From the IMG/VR virus record IMGVR_UViG_3300033177_000001: 20,000 nt of DNA. One strand, given 5' to 3'. Shown here one piece after another: positions 7,327 to 15,582 of this stretch. The translations under genes were made by a program, and so were the position numbers. Below the pieces are notes generated by a model, which saw only the letters and a program-made list of their open reading frames with translations, ran no database searches and was not told the DNA's origin. The stretch comes from an uncultured virus (IMG/VR IMGVR_UViG_3300033177_000001) (taxonomy: Duplodnaviria; Heunggongvirae; Uroviricota; Caudoviricetes). Positions within the stretch are counted from its first letter, which is position 1, and each line of letters opens with the position of its first letter.

Positions 7327-7770
7327 ATGGAGTATCGCGTGCTTGAAGACGCGGCGGTAAACGAGAATTTCGAGTTGATGTCGAAGATTCTTTCCGGAGA
7401 TGTGAAGTTGACGCTTTCGCAGACGACTGACACTGTAACGGAGACGGAAGCGGCGGCTGGGCCGAGTTACGAGATCGGGATCAGGCTGGAGGATTCGGCG
7501 GGGAATCTTCATGAGTGGTACAACAGTAAGGTGACGCTTGCGGTCGCCGACACGAGCGATGTGGTGGGCGCCGCGATGGCGGTCGATCCGGTCGCTGGAA
7601 GCTACGCGATGGACGGCGGAACATATGAGGCCAAAGTGACGCTGAGCGAATCCGCATGGGCTCCCGACGACACGGCGACGCTGACGGTGACGGCGAAAGT
7701 GTGCGGTTTCAATGCTTCGGCGACGTTCGTCGTGACGGTTGTAGCCGATCCGGAACCTTCAGGCGGATAA
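7327..7770 (+). CDS. Putative capsid decoration / minor head protein, paralog B
   Basis: MEYRVLEDAAVNENFELMSKILSGDVKLTLSQTT aligns with paralog A's MEFRTLENAALNDNFGLMAKAMSGDMKFSLSQTT. Shared AGxLHxWYNxKV, TATLTV and ATFVxTV. Confidence 0.6.
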   Translation: MEYRVLEDAAVNENFELMSKILSGDVKLTLSQTTDTVTETEAAAGPSYEIGIRLEDSAGNLHEWYNSKVTLAVADTSDVVGAAMAVDPVAGSYAMDGGTYEAKVTLSESAWAPDDTATLTVTAKVCGFNASATFVVTVVADPEPSGG

Positions 7771-7785
7771 CGGAGAGTGAACGAC

Positions 7786-7818
7786 GAGCGGGGAGGCGAG
7801 AGTCTCCCCGCTTTTTTT
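7786..7818 (+). terminator. Intrinsic terminator
   Basis: GAGCGGGGAGGC-GAGA-GTCTCCCCGCTT followed by a T run. Confidence 0.85.
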
Positions 7819-7841
7819 ATATGTGAAAGGGAGGCTTTTCA

Positions 7842-8390
7842 ATGAGTATGTTTCAACCCGAGAGGATGTACACGGTAACGGTATTCGATAACCAGGACAG
7901 GGATTCCAGAGAGCAGTTCGTGGCGGTGAACTTTCAGAAGGTGCGGATTCCCATAGGGAAGCAGACGCGCGTTGCGGGAAAGTTTCTCGCGGTGCTTGAG
8001 AACAAGGGGAGCTATCTTTCGGCGCAGATGGAGGATACGGTTTCCGGTCAGGTGCGGAGTGATCCGTATGCCCGATGGATGCCTCGTTTTTCGATCACGA
8101 CGCACGGCATGGTGGATATGCCTTCCGTTCCTTCCGGCGGGGTGGTGCTTGAGGGGCCGAAACCGGCGGAGGTTCCCATTGTCGGGCAGCGGCAGAGCGC
8201 GCTGAGTCTCGACCTGGGGGAAGCAAAGGCGGAACCGGAAGCGGAGCCGAAGAAGTCGGGTATCGACAGGAACGCGCTGCTTGGGAAGACGATGGCGGAA
8301 GTGCGGTCGATGTGCGCGAACAGGGGTATCCGGTACAAGGTGTCGAATACGAAGGAAGAACTCCTCGATCTACTCGAAGGCAAGGAGTAG
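7842..8390 (+). CDS. Hypothetical phage protein with C-terminal HeH/LEM/Rho-N-like helical motif
   Basis: SD AAGGGAGG. C-terminus LLGKTMAEVRSMCANRGIRYKVSNTKEELLDLL. N-terminal VAVNFQKVRIPIG...FLAVLE...PRFSI resembles small proteins found after N4-type capsid genes. Confidence 0.7.
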   Translation: MSMFQPERMYTVTVFDNQDRDSREQFVAVNFQKVRIPIGKQTRVAGKFLAVLENKGSYLSAQMEDTVSGQVRSDPYARWMPRFSITTHGMVDMPSVPSGGVVLEGPKPAEVPIVGQRQSALSLDLGEAKAEPEAEPKKSGIDRNALLGKTMAEVRSMCANRGIRYKVSNTKEELLDLLEGKE

Positions 8391-8400
8391 GAGGTAGGTT

Positions 8401-9036
8401 ATGCGAGTCTCGGATATCGTCCGCAAGGTACGGTACGAGCTTGCCGAACCGACCGCGAGCGAGTGGAAGGACGACGAGCTTGTTTCGTATCTGAACGACG
8501 GGTTCGCTTCGGCGTGGAGACTTGCGGCGGAACTCCATCACCCGTTGGTGGAGCAGACGGACGATGTGACGATTCTCGCCGCCGCTAATTCGGTGCAGCT
8601 CCCAAGTCCGCCGCTCAAGATGATTTCGGTGACGCTGGATGCCGCTGTTCTCCCCTACGAGCACCCCGGCAGTATGCCGACGCGGGAGTATTCCAAGATC
8701 GAGATGTGGACGGTCGAGGGACTGGACACGCTCCGCGTGTGGGGTACGCCCGCGGAGGAGACGACGCTGACGGTGCGCCTGGTGCGCGAGCCGGACATTC
8801 TTCGGCTGGAGGCGTCCACGCTGACGGACGACGATGTGCCGATGCCGTCCGCCGTGCTGGAGCTTCTTGTCAACTTCGTGATCATGAAGGCGCAGAACCG
8901 TCTCGGCGGCAGGCCGCAGATGGAAGCGTCCCTGTATCAGCAGTACAAGCGCGATGTGATGCGCGCCCTTGAGATTCGCGAGCCGCCTCTGGTGACGTGC
9001 AACGGGTACTGGCTTCCCGCCCCGAAGGGATGGTGA
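8401..9036 (+). CDS. Head-tail adaptor (podoviral, P22 gp4/T7 gp11-like position)
   Basis: N-terminus MRVSDIVRKVRYELAE....WKDDELVSYLNDG and C-terminal DDVPMP..VLELLVNFVIMKA helix pattern. SD AGGAGGT. Upstream of the nozzle. Confidence 0.75.
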   Translation: MRVSDIVRKVRYELAEPTASEWKDDELVSYLNDGFASAWRLAAELHHPLVEQTDDVTILAAANSVQLPSPPLKMISVTLDAAVLPYEHPGSMPTREYSKIEMWTVEGLDTLRVWGTPAEETTLTVRLVREPDILRLEASTLTDDDVPMPSAVLELLVNFVIMKAQNRLGGRPQMEASLYQQYKRDVMRALEIREPPLVTCNGYWLPAPKGW

Positions 9037-9042
9037 TGTTCC

Positions 9043-10956
9043 ATGCCCATAAATGAGGCTGCGGGAACAGCGCCGAATCTCAGTCCGAAGTTCAAGCAGA
9101 GGTTGCAGACTCCGGTCAAGGGAATGAACACGGTGCGCCCTCCGCACGAGATCGGAGAGACGGAGATAGTGGACAGCGTGAACTTCTGGGTGTCGCCCTA
9201 CGGGAAGTTCGGGACGCGATGGGGAACGAAGAAGATGATGCCGGTCCCGCTCTCGGAGTCGGGCATCGGCGAGGCGCAGTATCCGGTGACGAAATCGTCG
9301 ACGGGGACGGACTATCTCGTCGTCACGAATATGGACTACCTTCCTTCCTCCGATGCGTACATTCTCTTCGCCGACCGTCGTGTGTTCGCCATTCCGAGGG
9401 TTTCGTACTGGGGACTGAACGCGGGGTGGTCGTGGGGGGATTGGGAGACGCTCGACGGGGAGACCGTCAGGGAGGCGGTGGACGACGATGATGATACTCC
9501 TTCTGTTCGGTATTACATGTCGGACAAGGGCGAGTGGTTTTCTTGGAATCTCGAAGAACCGGTTTCGCTTGTGGTGGTTGAGGAACCGGCGACGCTTCCT
9601 TGTGCGGCGGAAGCTCCCGGCGGGAGGGCGTTGTATCTTGGCGTGACGAACGCGCTGACGAACGATTCCCCGATTATCTCCGCGCTTTTCTACGGGAAGC
9701 TGTATGTGGCGACCGGGGGCGCGTTGCAGGTGATTTACACGGTGCGCGAGATCGATCTCGACGAAGACCCGCACTTGCCCGAGGACAGGGCGGTCGGGGA
9801 TATTTACGTGGAGACGCTGGAAGCCCATGCGCTTTCCAACCCCGCGCCGGATCAGGCGGGGGCGATAGGCGTGCGCGCGAACAGACTCTGGGTGACGCAG
9901 CGCGATGGCTCCAAGGTGTGGTACTCCGGCGTGGACGATGCGAAGGATTGGGGTTGGGACGGGACGGGCGACGATCCGTCGTACACCGGCGGTTCGTTCA
10001 ACGTGGACAGGGACGACGGAGGCGTGCTCAACGGCCTCGTGAATTTCACCGATAGATTGATGCTGTTCAAGTACGACGCGAACGGCGTGCGGAACACCGT
10101 TCACAGAGTCATCGGCTCGCTCTCCGGAGCGGACGGGGACTACTTGCGGAGGGAACAGGCGGCGGAGGGTATTTCAGCCATCGACGCCCGGTGTATCACG
10201 CCAGCAGGGGACGACGTGTTGTTCGCGGGGGCGGGCGGCATCTACTCGTTGCAGTTGGTCGATTCCATCGGGAATGTCGGGTCGATTCCGCAGTCGCTCC
10301 GTGTGAACAGTGTCTTCGACGAAGACAGACCGAGGCACATGGGGTACTCGGCGAGGTACGGCGTTGCGTTCGCGGTGCTGACATCCGGACAGGTGATGAT
10401 GCTGCACCGGGGGGCCGAGGGCTGGTTCCGGTTCATCTTCGCCGGGTTCACGCCGAACTGTGTGGCGTGCCTGGGCGACGACGTGTTCTTCGGGAGCAGG
10501 GAAGGAACGATGCTCCGTTTCGACAGAGACGTAGAGCTTGACGGCGTGGATTCTGATGGAAGCGGCGGGAACAACCCGTCGAAGGCGTTCCTGTCGAGGG
10601 TGTTCACGTTCGACCAGCCGCCGTACAGGAGCTTCTTCGAGAAGTTCATGCTCGCCGTTTCGGTGCGCTCCTCGGGTCGCGTGTATCTCGACGTGCGGAC
10701 GGACTACGGTTCGGTGTACCAGCGGACGATTCCGTTCGCTGGGGAGGCGAATGTGCCGGTGGGGTGGGACGACGCAATCTCTCAATGGGACACCGAATCC
10801 ACCGGTTGGGACAGGACGGGTGTGGAGCTGATGCAGGCGAAGGTATCCAAGGGTGCTGACAACTTCCAGATACGGATTGCGAGCACCGCGGCTCTGGACG
10901 TGCTGGATATGATCGCCTACGGGGCCTACACGACGGACCCGAGGTGGAAATGGTAG
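9043..10956 (+). CDS. Tail nozzle / DNA-stabilisation protein (P22 gp10/T7 gp12-like beta-propeller)
   Basis: 637 aa, beta-rich. N-terminal KGMNTVRPPHEIGETEIVDSVN, NRLWV...KVWYSGVDDAKDW, DRLMLFK, DDVLFAGAGGIYSL. Follows the adaptor. Confidence 0.78.
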   Translation: MPINEAAGTAPNLSPKFKQRLQTPVKGMNTVRPPHEIGETEIVDSVNFWVSPYGKFGTRWGTKKMMPVPLSESGIGEAQYPVTKSSTGTDYLVVTNMDYLPSSDAYILFADRRVFAIPRVSYWGLNAGWSWGDWETLDGETVREAVDDDDDTPSVRYYMSDKGEWFSWNLEEPVSLVVVEEPATLPCAAEAPGGRALYLGVTNALTNDSPIISALFYGKLYVATGGALQVIYTVREIDLDEDPHLPEDRAVGDIYVETLEAHALSNPAPDQAGAIGVRANRLWVTQRDGSKVWYSGVDDAKDWGWDGTGDDPSYTGGSFNVDRDDGGVLNGLVNFTDRLMLFKYDANGVRNTVHRVIGSLSGADGDYLRREQAAEGISAIDARCITPAGDDVLFAGAGGIYSLQLVDSIGNVGSIPQSLRVNSVFDEDRPRHMGYSARYGVAFAVLTSGQVMMLHRGAEGWFRFIFAGFTPNCVACLGDDVFFGSREGTMLRFDRDVELDGVDSDGSGGNNPSKAFLSRVFTFDQPPYRSFFEKFMLAVSVRSSGRVYLDVRTDYGSVYQRTIPFAGEANVPVGWDDAISQWDTESTGWDRTGVELMQAKVSKGADNFQIRIASTAALDVLDMIAYGAYTTDPRWKW

Positions 10957-10966
10957 GTGATGGCGT

Positions 10967-12370
10967 GTGAATGAACAGGTTCTTGCGGAGATATATGCGA
11001 ACGCGATAGCCCAGGGTGTGAACCCGCTCATGTCGAGCGACAACCCCTTCTCCGACGAGTGGAAACGGCAGGTGGGGTACTACGGGCATAACCCTGTTAT
11101 CGACGACAGAACGCCGTTTGCTACGGCGGATTATCGCCCCGACTTCCGTTTTCTCGATCAGTGGTGGAAGAAGTACAAGCCGCCGGTCGTCGAAGAGGAG
11201 GAACTGGAAGAGGAGAAGCCCATCGAGAAGGTGTTGGAGGAGATCATTTCCGAGGGCGGTAATGGCGGTATCGCCAATGACGGGTTCACAGATATGCGCG
11301 ATCCCGCCTTCATGGGGCGCGAGAGCTATCCCGGCATGAAGGACGGGCAGTGGCTCGGAGGAAATCTCGGCTGGAAGGACGCCGCGCAGATGCTCGGTAC
11401 GATGAAGGGCGGACTTGGCGGGCTGCTTTCGGGGATGCTGAACGGGTCGCTTTCGACATACGGCTCGTCCTCCGGGAAGAACGCGATAGGCAACATCGCC
11501 GATGCGCTCGGGGTGAATAAGGACACGGCGCTCGCGGAGATAGGGAAGGCGCTCGGGTACTCTGATCCAGCGACAGCGGCAGCCGCGAAGAAGGATACGG
11601 GGATTTTGGGACAACTAAGCAACGCACTCTTCGGCGGCAAGCCCGGCACGCCGAACGTGAAGGGGATGATGGCGGGGACGCTGGCCGGGTATCCGAACAC
11701 GTGGGACAACCCGACGTTCAACAACATCGTGAATGAGCGGGCGACGATCGCGGGGGTGCTGGATGCGCTGGCGAACCCGGATTTCGATTGGGGGCTTGCC
11801 GGGGTGAAGGGGAACTGGTCGAATCCGTCCGCGATATCGGGGTTCGTCAATATGGCGAATAACCTCGGCGTCGATTTGGTCGGGATGCAAAACAAAGATC
11901 AACTCGGCATGTGGAACACGATTGCTGAGTTGATGGGGGCGACAGCTGCATACAATCCGAAGGTAAACGGGTTCCTACAGGCTCTTTACGAAATGAATGG
12001 TTCTCCTATGGCGGAAAGGGCGTCGAAGGGGGCGCTTGACTCTTCGGAGCTTGGTTTGATGGCAAGCCGTGCGATAGGGAATCCGTGGGGCGGAATGAGT
12101 AAAGACATAACCAACTTCGACAAGGTTGCGCGGGACTATTTGGATGCAAAAGAGCGTCTTGGGAAGATTAACGAAGCTGTAAATGGAGGTCGTTCCGGCG
12201 AAGGCGGAGACGGGATAGACGGTACCGGGTACGGCGAAGGCGGCAGTCGCGGGGATGTTGGAGATTTTGACGGAACCGGAGGGACTGAAGCTGAACACGA
12301 GGCGAATGACCCGGAGGCTGGAGCAAATACCGGAGCTGGCGCTGACAATGGTCCGAAAGATGGGTATTAG
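10967..12370 (+). CDS. Hypothetical protein, putative internal virion/ejection protein (Gly/Ala-rich, acidic G/D/E tail)
   Basis: GTG start with AGGTGA SD. Gly-rich hydrophobic stretch GGLGGLLSGMLNG. Position after the nozzle. Confidence 0.6.
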   Translation: MNEQVLAEIYANAIAQGVNPLMSSDNPFSDEWKRQVGYYGHNPVIDDRTPFATADYRPDFRFLDQWWKKYKPPVVEEEELEEEKPIEKVLEEIISEGGNGGIANDGFTDMRDPAFMGRESYPGMKDGQWLGGNLGWKDAAQMLGTMKGGLGGLLSGMLNGSLSTYGSSSGKNAIGNIADALGVNKDTALAEIGKALGYSDPATAAAAKKDTGILGQLSNALFGGKPGTPNVKGMMAGTLAGYPNTWDNPTFNNIVNERATIAGVLDALANPDFDWGLAGVKGNWSNPSAISGFVNMANNLGVDLVGMQNKDQLGMWNTIAELMGATAAYNPKVNGFLQALYEMNGSPMAERASKGALDSSELGLMASRAIGNPWGGMSKDITNFDKVARDYLDAKERLGKINEAVNGGRSGEGGDGIDGTGYGEGGSRGDVGDFDGTGGTEAEHEANDPEAGANTGAGADNGPKDGY

Positions 12371-12384
12371 GAGGAGGTGAAACG

Positions 12385-13755
12385 ATGGCATACGGAAAGA
12401 CTGATCTAAGCGGCTTCGAGCTGTGGAAAGCCCAGAACTACCAGAACATGCTAGCGCTGTACAACGGGCCGATAGGCTACAACAAAATATACGACTTCAA
12501 CACGTTTTTGCAGGAGATGTACAAAGCTTCGCAGCAGAAGGTCGGGATACCGGAGGATTCTTCAACGTGGAAGGATTCAAAATTGCCCGGAGGGTATAAC
12601 CCCGACTACCCGACGCCGACGACCGGCTCCGGAGGCTGGCCCCTCTACCCGCCTCCTCCGGTGACGAATCCGCCGACGCCCGGCTGGCAGCCGGACGAGA
12701 ACACTATGGACCCAAGGACGCTTCCTGCGTGGCTCTTCGAGCAGTTCCCCGAGAACTATTCCTACTACGACAATCTTTCCAAGGGGCTTCTCGACGAGTC
12801 GTGGCAGTTGCAGCGGCAGGCGATGCAGGTGTTCAACCAGCGTCAGAAGGAGATGTCGCAGCTTTTCAACAGTGAGACGGCGGCATTGAAGGGAACAATC
12901 GCCGACAGAACGGCGAAGTTGGATTCGGCTTTAGCAAGGTCGGAGGCAGGACAGAACGCTGGTATCGCCACGATGGGCGAGGGCGTCAACACGTACCAGC
13001 GCTATCTGAACGAGGCGATGAGCCTTCAGAATGAGGCGCTGCGGGCGAATCCGCTCAAATACCAGCACTACATCGACACCGGCACGCTGCCAGAGGAAGT
13101 GGACTCCACCCTCCGGACGCTGCGGGATCAGACGATAGCTTCGACCAGAGCGGAACTCGATAGACAGAAGGCGCAGGCGAACGCCGCGCTGAAACAGCGC
13201 ATGTCCGCGATGGGGATGCAGGACAGCGAGTATTCGGCGATACAGAACGCCAGGCTCTCCGGCGAGGCTGGAAGAACGATGGCGAATACGATAGAAGCGC
13301 AGAACGCTGCTTACCTTCAGGCGCGGCTTGAGCAGCCGTATAAAATGCAGAATGCGGCTATAGCGACGATGCAGAGCTACAACCCGTTCATCGGCAACAT
13401 CATGGCCGGCGGAGCGCAGCAGGGAAGCAACCTTCAGAACATGGGGAAGACGCAAGTGGACGCCGCGACGGCGATGGGCCAGTTGCAGAACAATGCGTTC
13501 TCCAACGTAGTCGGCGCGGCGAACAGCGCTTACGGAAACATTATGAACGCCGGGAATCAGCAGATGCAGTATCCGGCGCAGATGTTCCAGATGGCGACGG
13601 CGCTCCCCGGTAATGCGCTCAATGCGCGCCAGGGGTATCTGGACACGATGCTCAACGTGTGGAAGACGGTGCTCAATAACGATTTCTCCAATGCCCAGCT
13701 GCAGGCGCAGAAGGACGCGAACGAGGGTAATTGGTGGGATATGATTTTTGGATAG
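12385..13755 (+). CDS. Putative DNA ejection / pilot protein (Q/A/N/M-rich helical)
   Basis: Strong SD GGAGGAGGTGA. Pro-rich N-terminal linker, long Q/A/N-rich helical body, motif LKQRMSAMGMQDS. Confidence 0.65.
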   Translation: MAYGKTDLSGFELWKAQNYQNMLALYNGPIGYNKIYDFNTFLQEMYKASQQKVGIPEDSSTWKDSKLPGGYNPDYPTPTTGSGGWPLYPPPPVTNPPTPGWQPDENTMDPRTLPAWLFEQFPENYSYYDNLSKGLLDESWQLQRQAMQVFNQRQKEMSQLFNSETAALKGTIADRTAKLDSALARSEAGQNAGIATMGEGVNTYQRYLNEAMSLQNEALRANPLKYQHYIDTGTLPEEVDSTLRTLRDQTIASTRAELDRQKAQANAALKQRMSAMGMQDSEYSAIQNARLSGEAGRTMANTIEAQNAAYLQARLEQPYKMQNAAIATMQSYNPFIGNIMAGGAQQGSNLQNMGKTQVDAATAMGQLQNNAFSNVVGAANSAYGNIMNAGNQQMQYPAQMFQMATALPGNALNARQGYLDTMLNVWKTVLNNDFSNAQLQAQKDANEGNWWDMIFG

Positions 13756-13769
13756 AGAGGTGATGGAAG

Positions 13770-14837
13770 ATGGGAGCCGTTTACAAGCCTGAAGGGTACG
13801 ATGCTGGGTGGACGCCGCAGTTTATTCGAACAACTCCGGAAGGTGCGTTGGTTTATCAATACGGGGATAACAGATATGGGCACAATCTTTTTGAATATAA
13901 TCCGGGTTCTAAAACATGGAGTGTTATCAATTCAGCAAAAAAAGAGCCGGGTAGCATAGGAGCATCATGGTATTCAATGCGAATAGAAACGCCTTCATGG
14001 GCAAAGGATTTGATCAAAGACCCCGACAAACCCGACCCCTACACCCCCCCTACACCACCCACCCCCGACCCCTACACTCCTCCGCAGCCCGACCCCATGC
14101 AGCAGTATCTCGAAGAGATGCGGCGGCAGCAGGAGGAGGCTATCCGGCAGATGCAGGCGGAGCAGGCGAAGCGGGAAGCGGAGGCCGCAGCCGCCGCGAA
14201 GGCCGCCGAAGAAGCGAAGGCGGCGAGGATGACGGACAGGAAGGGTGCGTTGGAGCAGTCGGGGTTGTGGAGCGTCGTGGAGCAGATGTACGGGCAGAAT
14301 CAGGCCGACATCGACAGCTACCTCGATACCGGGGTGTTTTCGCGGCGCGACAATCTGAACGAGTGGGCGAACAACAATCTGATTCCGCTTTCGCAGGACT
14401 TGCAGAAGCAGTACGCGAAGGGGATATCCGACATTCAGCAGAAGGCGGCGGCTTCCGGTATGGGCGACGCTTCGTGGCTCCGCGCCGTGGAGGGCGCGCT
14501 TCGGCAGCAGCAGAGGGCGCTTGCGGACAACTACGGGAGTACATACGATCCGAACAAGCTGTATTCGATTCTCTCGGGGTCGCCGGATGCGATCCGTGAC
14601 TATTCGTATGTCGCGCCGCAGAAGGTTTCGGACTTCGGGAAAGGGATCACCGGGTTTACGATGCTCGATCCGACGCTTTCGCAGATGGTGCCGGGCGGCA
14701 TCGACGAGACGCCGATGCCGTGGCTGAAGAGCGACTACCAGAAGAAGAATCCGTGGGCGGAGATATTCGGCGACACGTCCGAGACGAGCTTGTACAATCC
14801 GGCGCAGGGATTCCTCAAGGGAATCATGGGCGGTTAG
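13770..14837 (+). CDS. Putative internal virion/ejection protein with AT-richer N-terminal module and Pro-Thr linker
   Basis: SD GAGAGGTGA. DPDKPDPYTPPTPPTPDPYTPPQPDP linker, coiled coil, QQKAAASGMGDAS motif. Confidence 0.62.
   Translation: MGAVYKPEGYDAGWTPQFIRTTPEGALVYQYGDNRYGHNLFEYNPGSKTWSVINSAKKEPGSIGASWYSMRIETPSWAKDLIKDPDKPDPYTPPTPPTPDPYTPPQPDPMQQYLEEMRRQQEEAIRQMQAEQAKREAEAAAAAKAAEEAKAARMTDRKGALEQSGLWSVVEQMYGQNQADIDSYLDTGVFSRRDNLNEWANNNLIPLSQDLQKQYAKGISDIQQKAAASGMGDASWLRAVEGALRQQQRALADNYGSTYDPNKLYSILSGSPDAIRDYSYVAPQKVSDFGKGITGFTMLDPTLSQMVPGGIDETPMPWLKSDYQKKNPWAEIFGDTSETSLYNPAQGFLKGIMGG
14020..14097 (+). repeat. C-rich coding repeat (CCCGAC units; CCCGACCCCTACAC twice)
   Basis: Visible direct repeats encoding PDPYTPP twice. 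The only strongly C-rich tract on an otherwise G-rich strand. Confidence 0.75.
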
Positions 14838-14838
14838 C

Positions 14839-15105
14839 ATGGACTGGCTGAAGAAACCGCCTTCGCCTCAAGCGGCGTGGGGAGGTTTCACACCTCCGAA
14901 AGTAAAGGATCGGAATCAGTTCAATCTGTTCGATACGGGGGGCTTGCTGAAACCGGCAGGCCCTTTTTCATTTCTTTGGAACGCGCCGCAGCAGGCGCAG
15001 GGGTGGACGCCGGGGAAGGGCGCTCCGCAGGGGGACAGCCTTTTCGGAGGGGGAGGCTCTTCGCCGAGGGTGAAGGGGTTCCTTCAGATGTTGTTTGGGA
15101 AGTAG
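14839..15105 (+). CDS. Small hypothetical protein (G/P/W/F-rich, basic)
   Basis: ATG one base after the upstream TAG; fills the gap in the operon exactly. No clear SD. Confidence 0.55.
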   Translation: MDWLKKPPSPQAAWGGFTPPKVKDRNQFNLFDTGGLLKPAGPFSFLWNAPQQAQGWTPGKGAPQGDSLFGGGGSSPRVKGFLQMLFGK

Positions 15106-15120
15106 AGAGGAGACGAGTGA

Positions 15121-15549
15121 ATGCCTAACAGACAGGGACCTGGATTCATAGAGGAAATGATGCGCAGCGCGCCGCAGGGGGGGATGCCCCCGCAGGGAGG
15201 ACCCGCACCAGCGCCAGCGCCCGCACCCGGCGGCTTGGAGCCGGGGCCGATGGGGCCGGAGCGGATGGTGCCGGGAGCGGTGATGATCATCGAGCTGGGG
15301 GGAGTTTTCTTCCTCGTTCCCGCCGTGGACGAGCAGGGGCGTCCTCTGGATGAGGGGGGCGCGGTGGAGCACTTCAAGCGCACCGGGCTGTTCTTCGCGT
15401 CGAGCCGTGATCCGCAGGCGCTTGTGGCGTATGCGGAGCAGGCGATGATGAAGAATCAGGGGCAGGCGCGCGGACAGGGGCAGGGGCGGCAGGGGCCTCC
15501 TCCGCAGGGTGCGCCCGCTCCCGCTCCGGAAGGTTTCTCGCCGTTTTAG
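15121..15549 (+). CDS. Hypothetical protein: compact central domain flanked by P/G/Q-rich tails
   Basis: SD AGAGGAG. Core IELGGVFFLVPAVDEQGRPLDEGGAVEHFKRTGLFF...ALVAYAEQ. Confidence 0.7.
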   Translation: MPNRQGPGFIEEMMRSAPQGGMPPQGGPAPAPAPAPGGLEPGPMGPERMVPGAVMIIELGGVFFLVPAVDEQGRPLDEGGAVEHFKRTGLFFASSRDPQALVAYAEQAMMKNQGQARGQGQGRQGPPPQGAPAPAPEGFSPF

Positions 15550-15582
15550 GCGGCATGGACGCTCGCGGGGAGGTGAAGATTG

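Noticed and set aside
6821..7770. Paralog pair as a diversity-generating retroelement TR/VR
   Set aside because: Divergence is spread over all bases and the whole gene rather than adenine-specific, and no reverse transcriptase is present in the window.
8095..10104. Long minus-strand ORFs (669 aa here; also 3955-5616, 5759-7015, 16912-18465, 671-1630, 1802-2875)
   Set aside because: They are antisense shadows of GC-rich + strand genes: R/H/L-rich, no motifs, fully overlapping well-supported CDSs.
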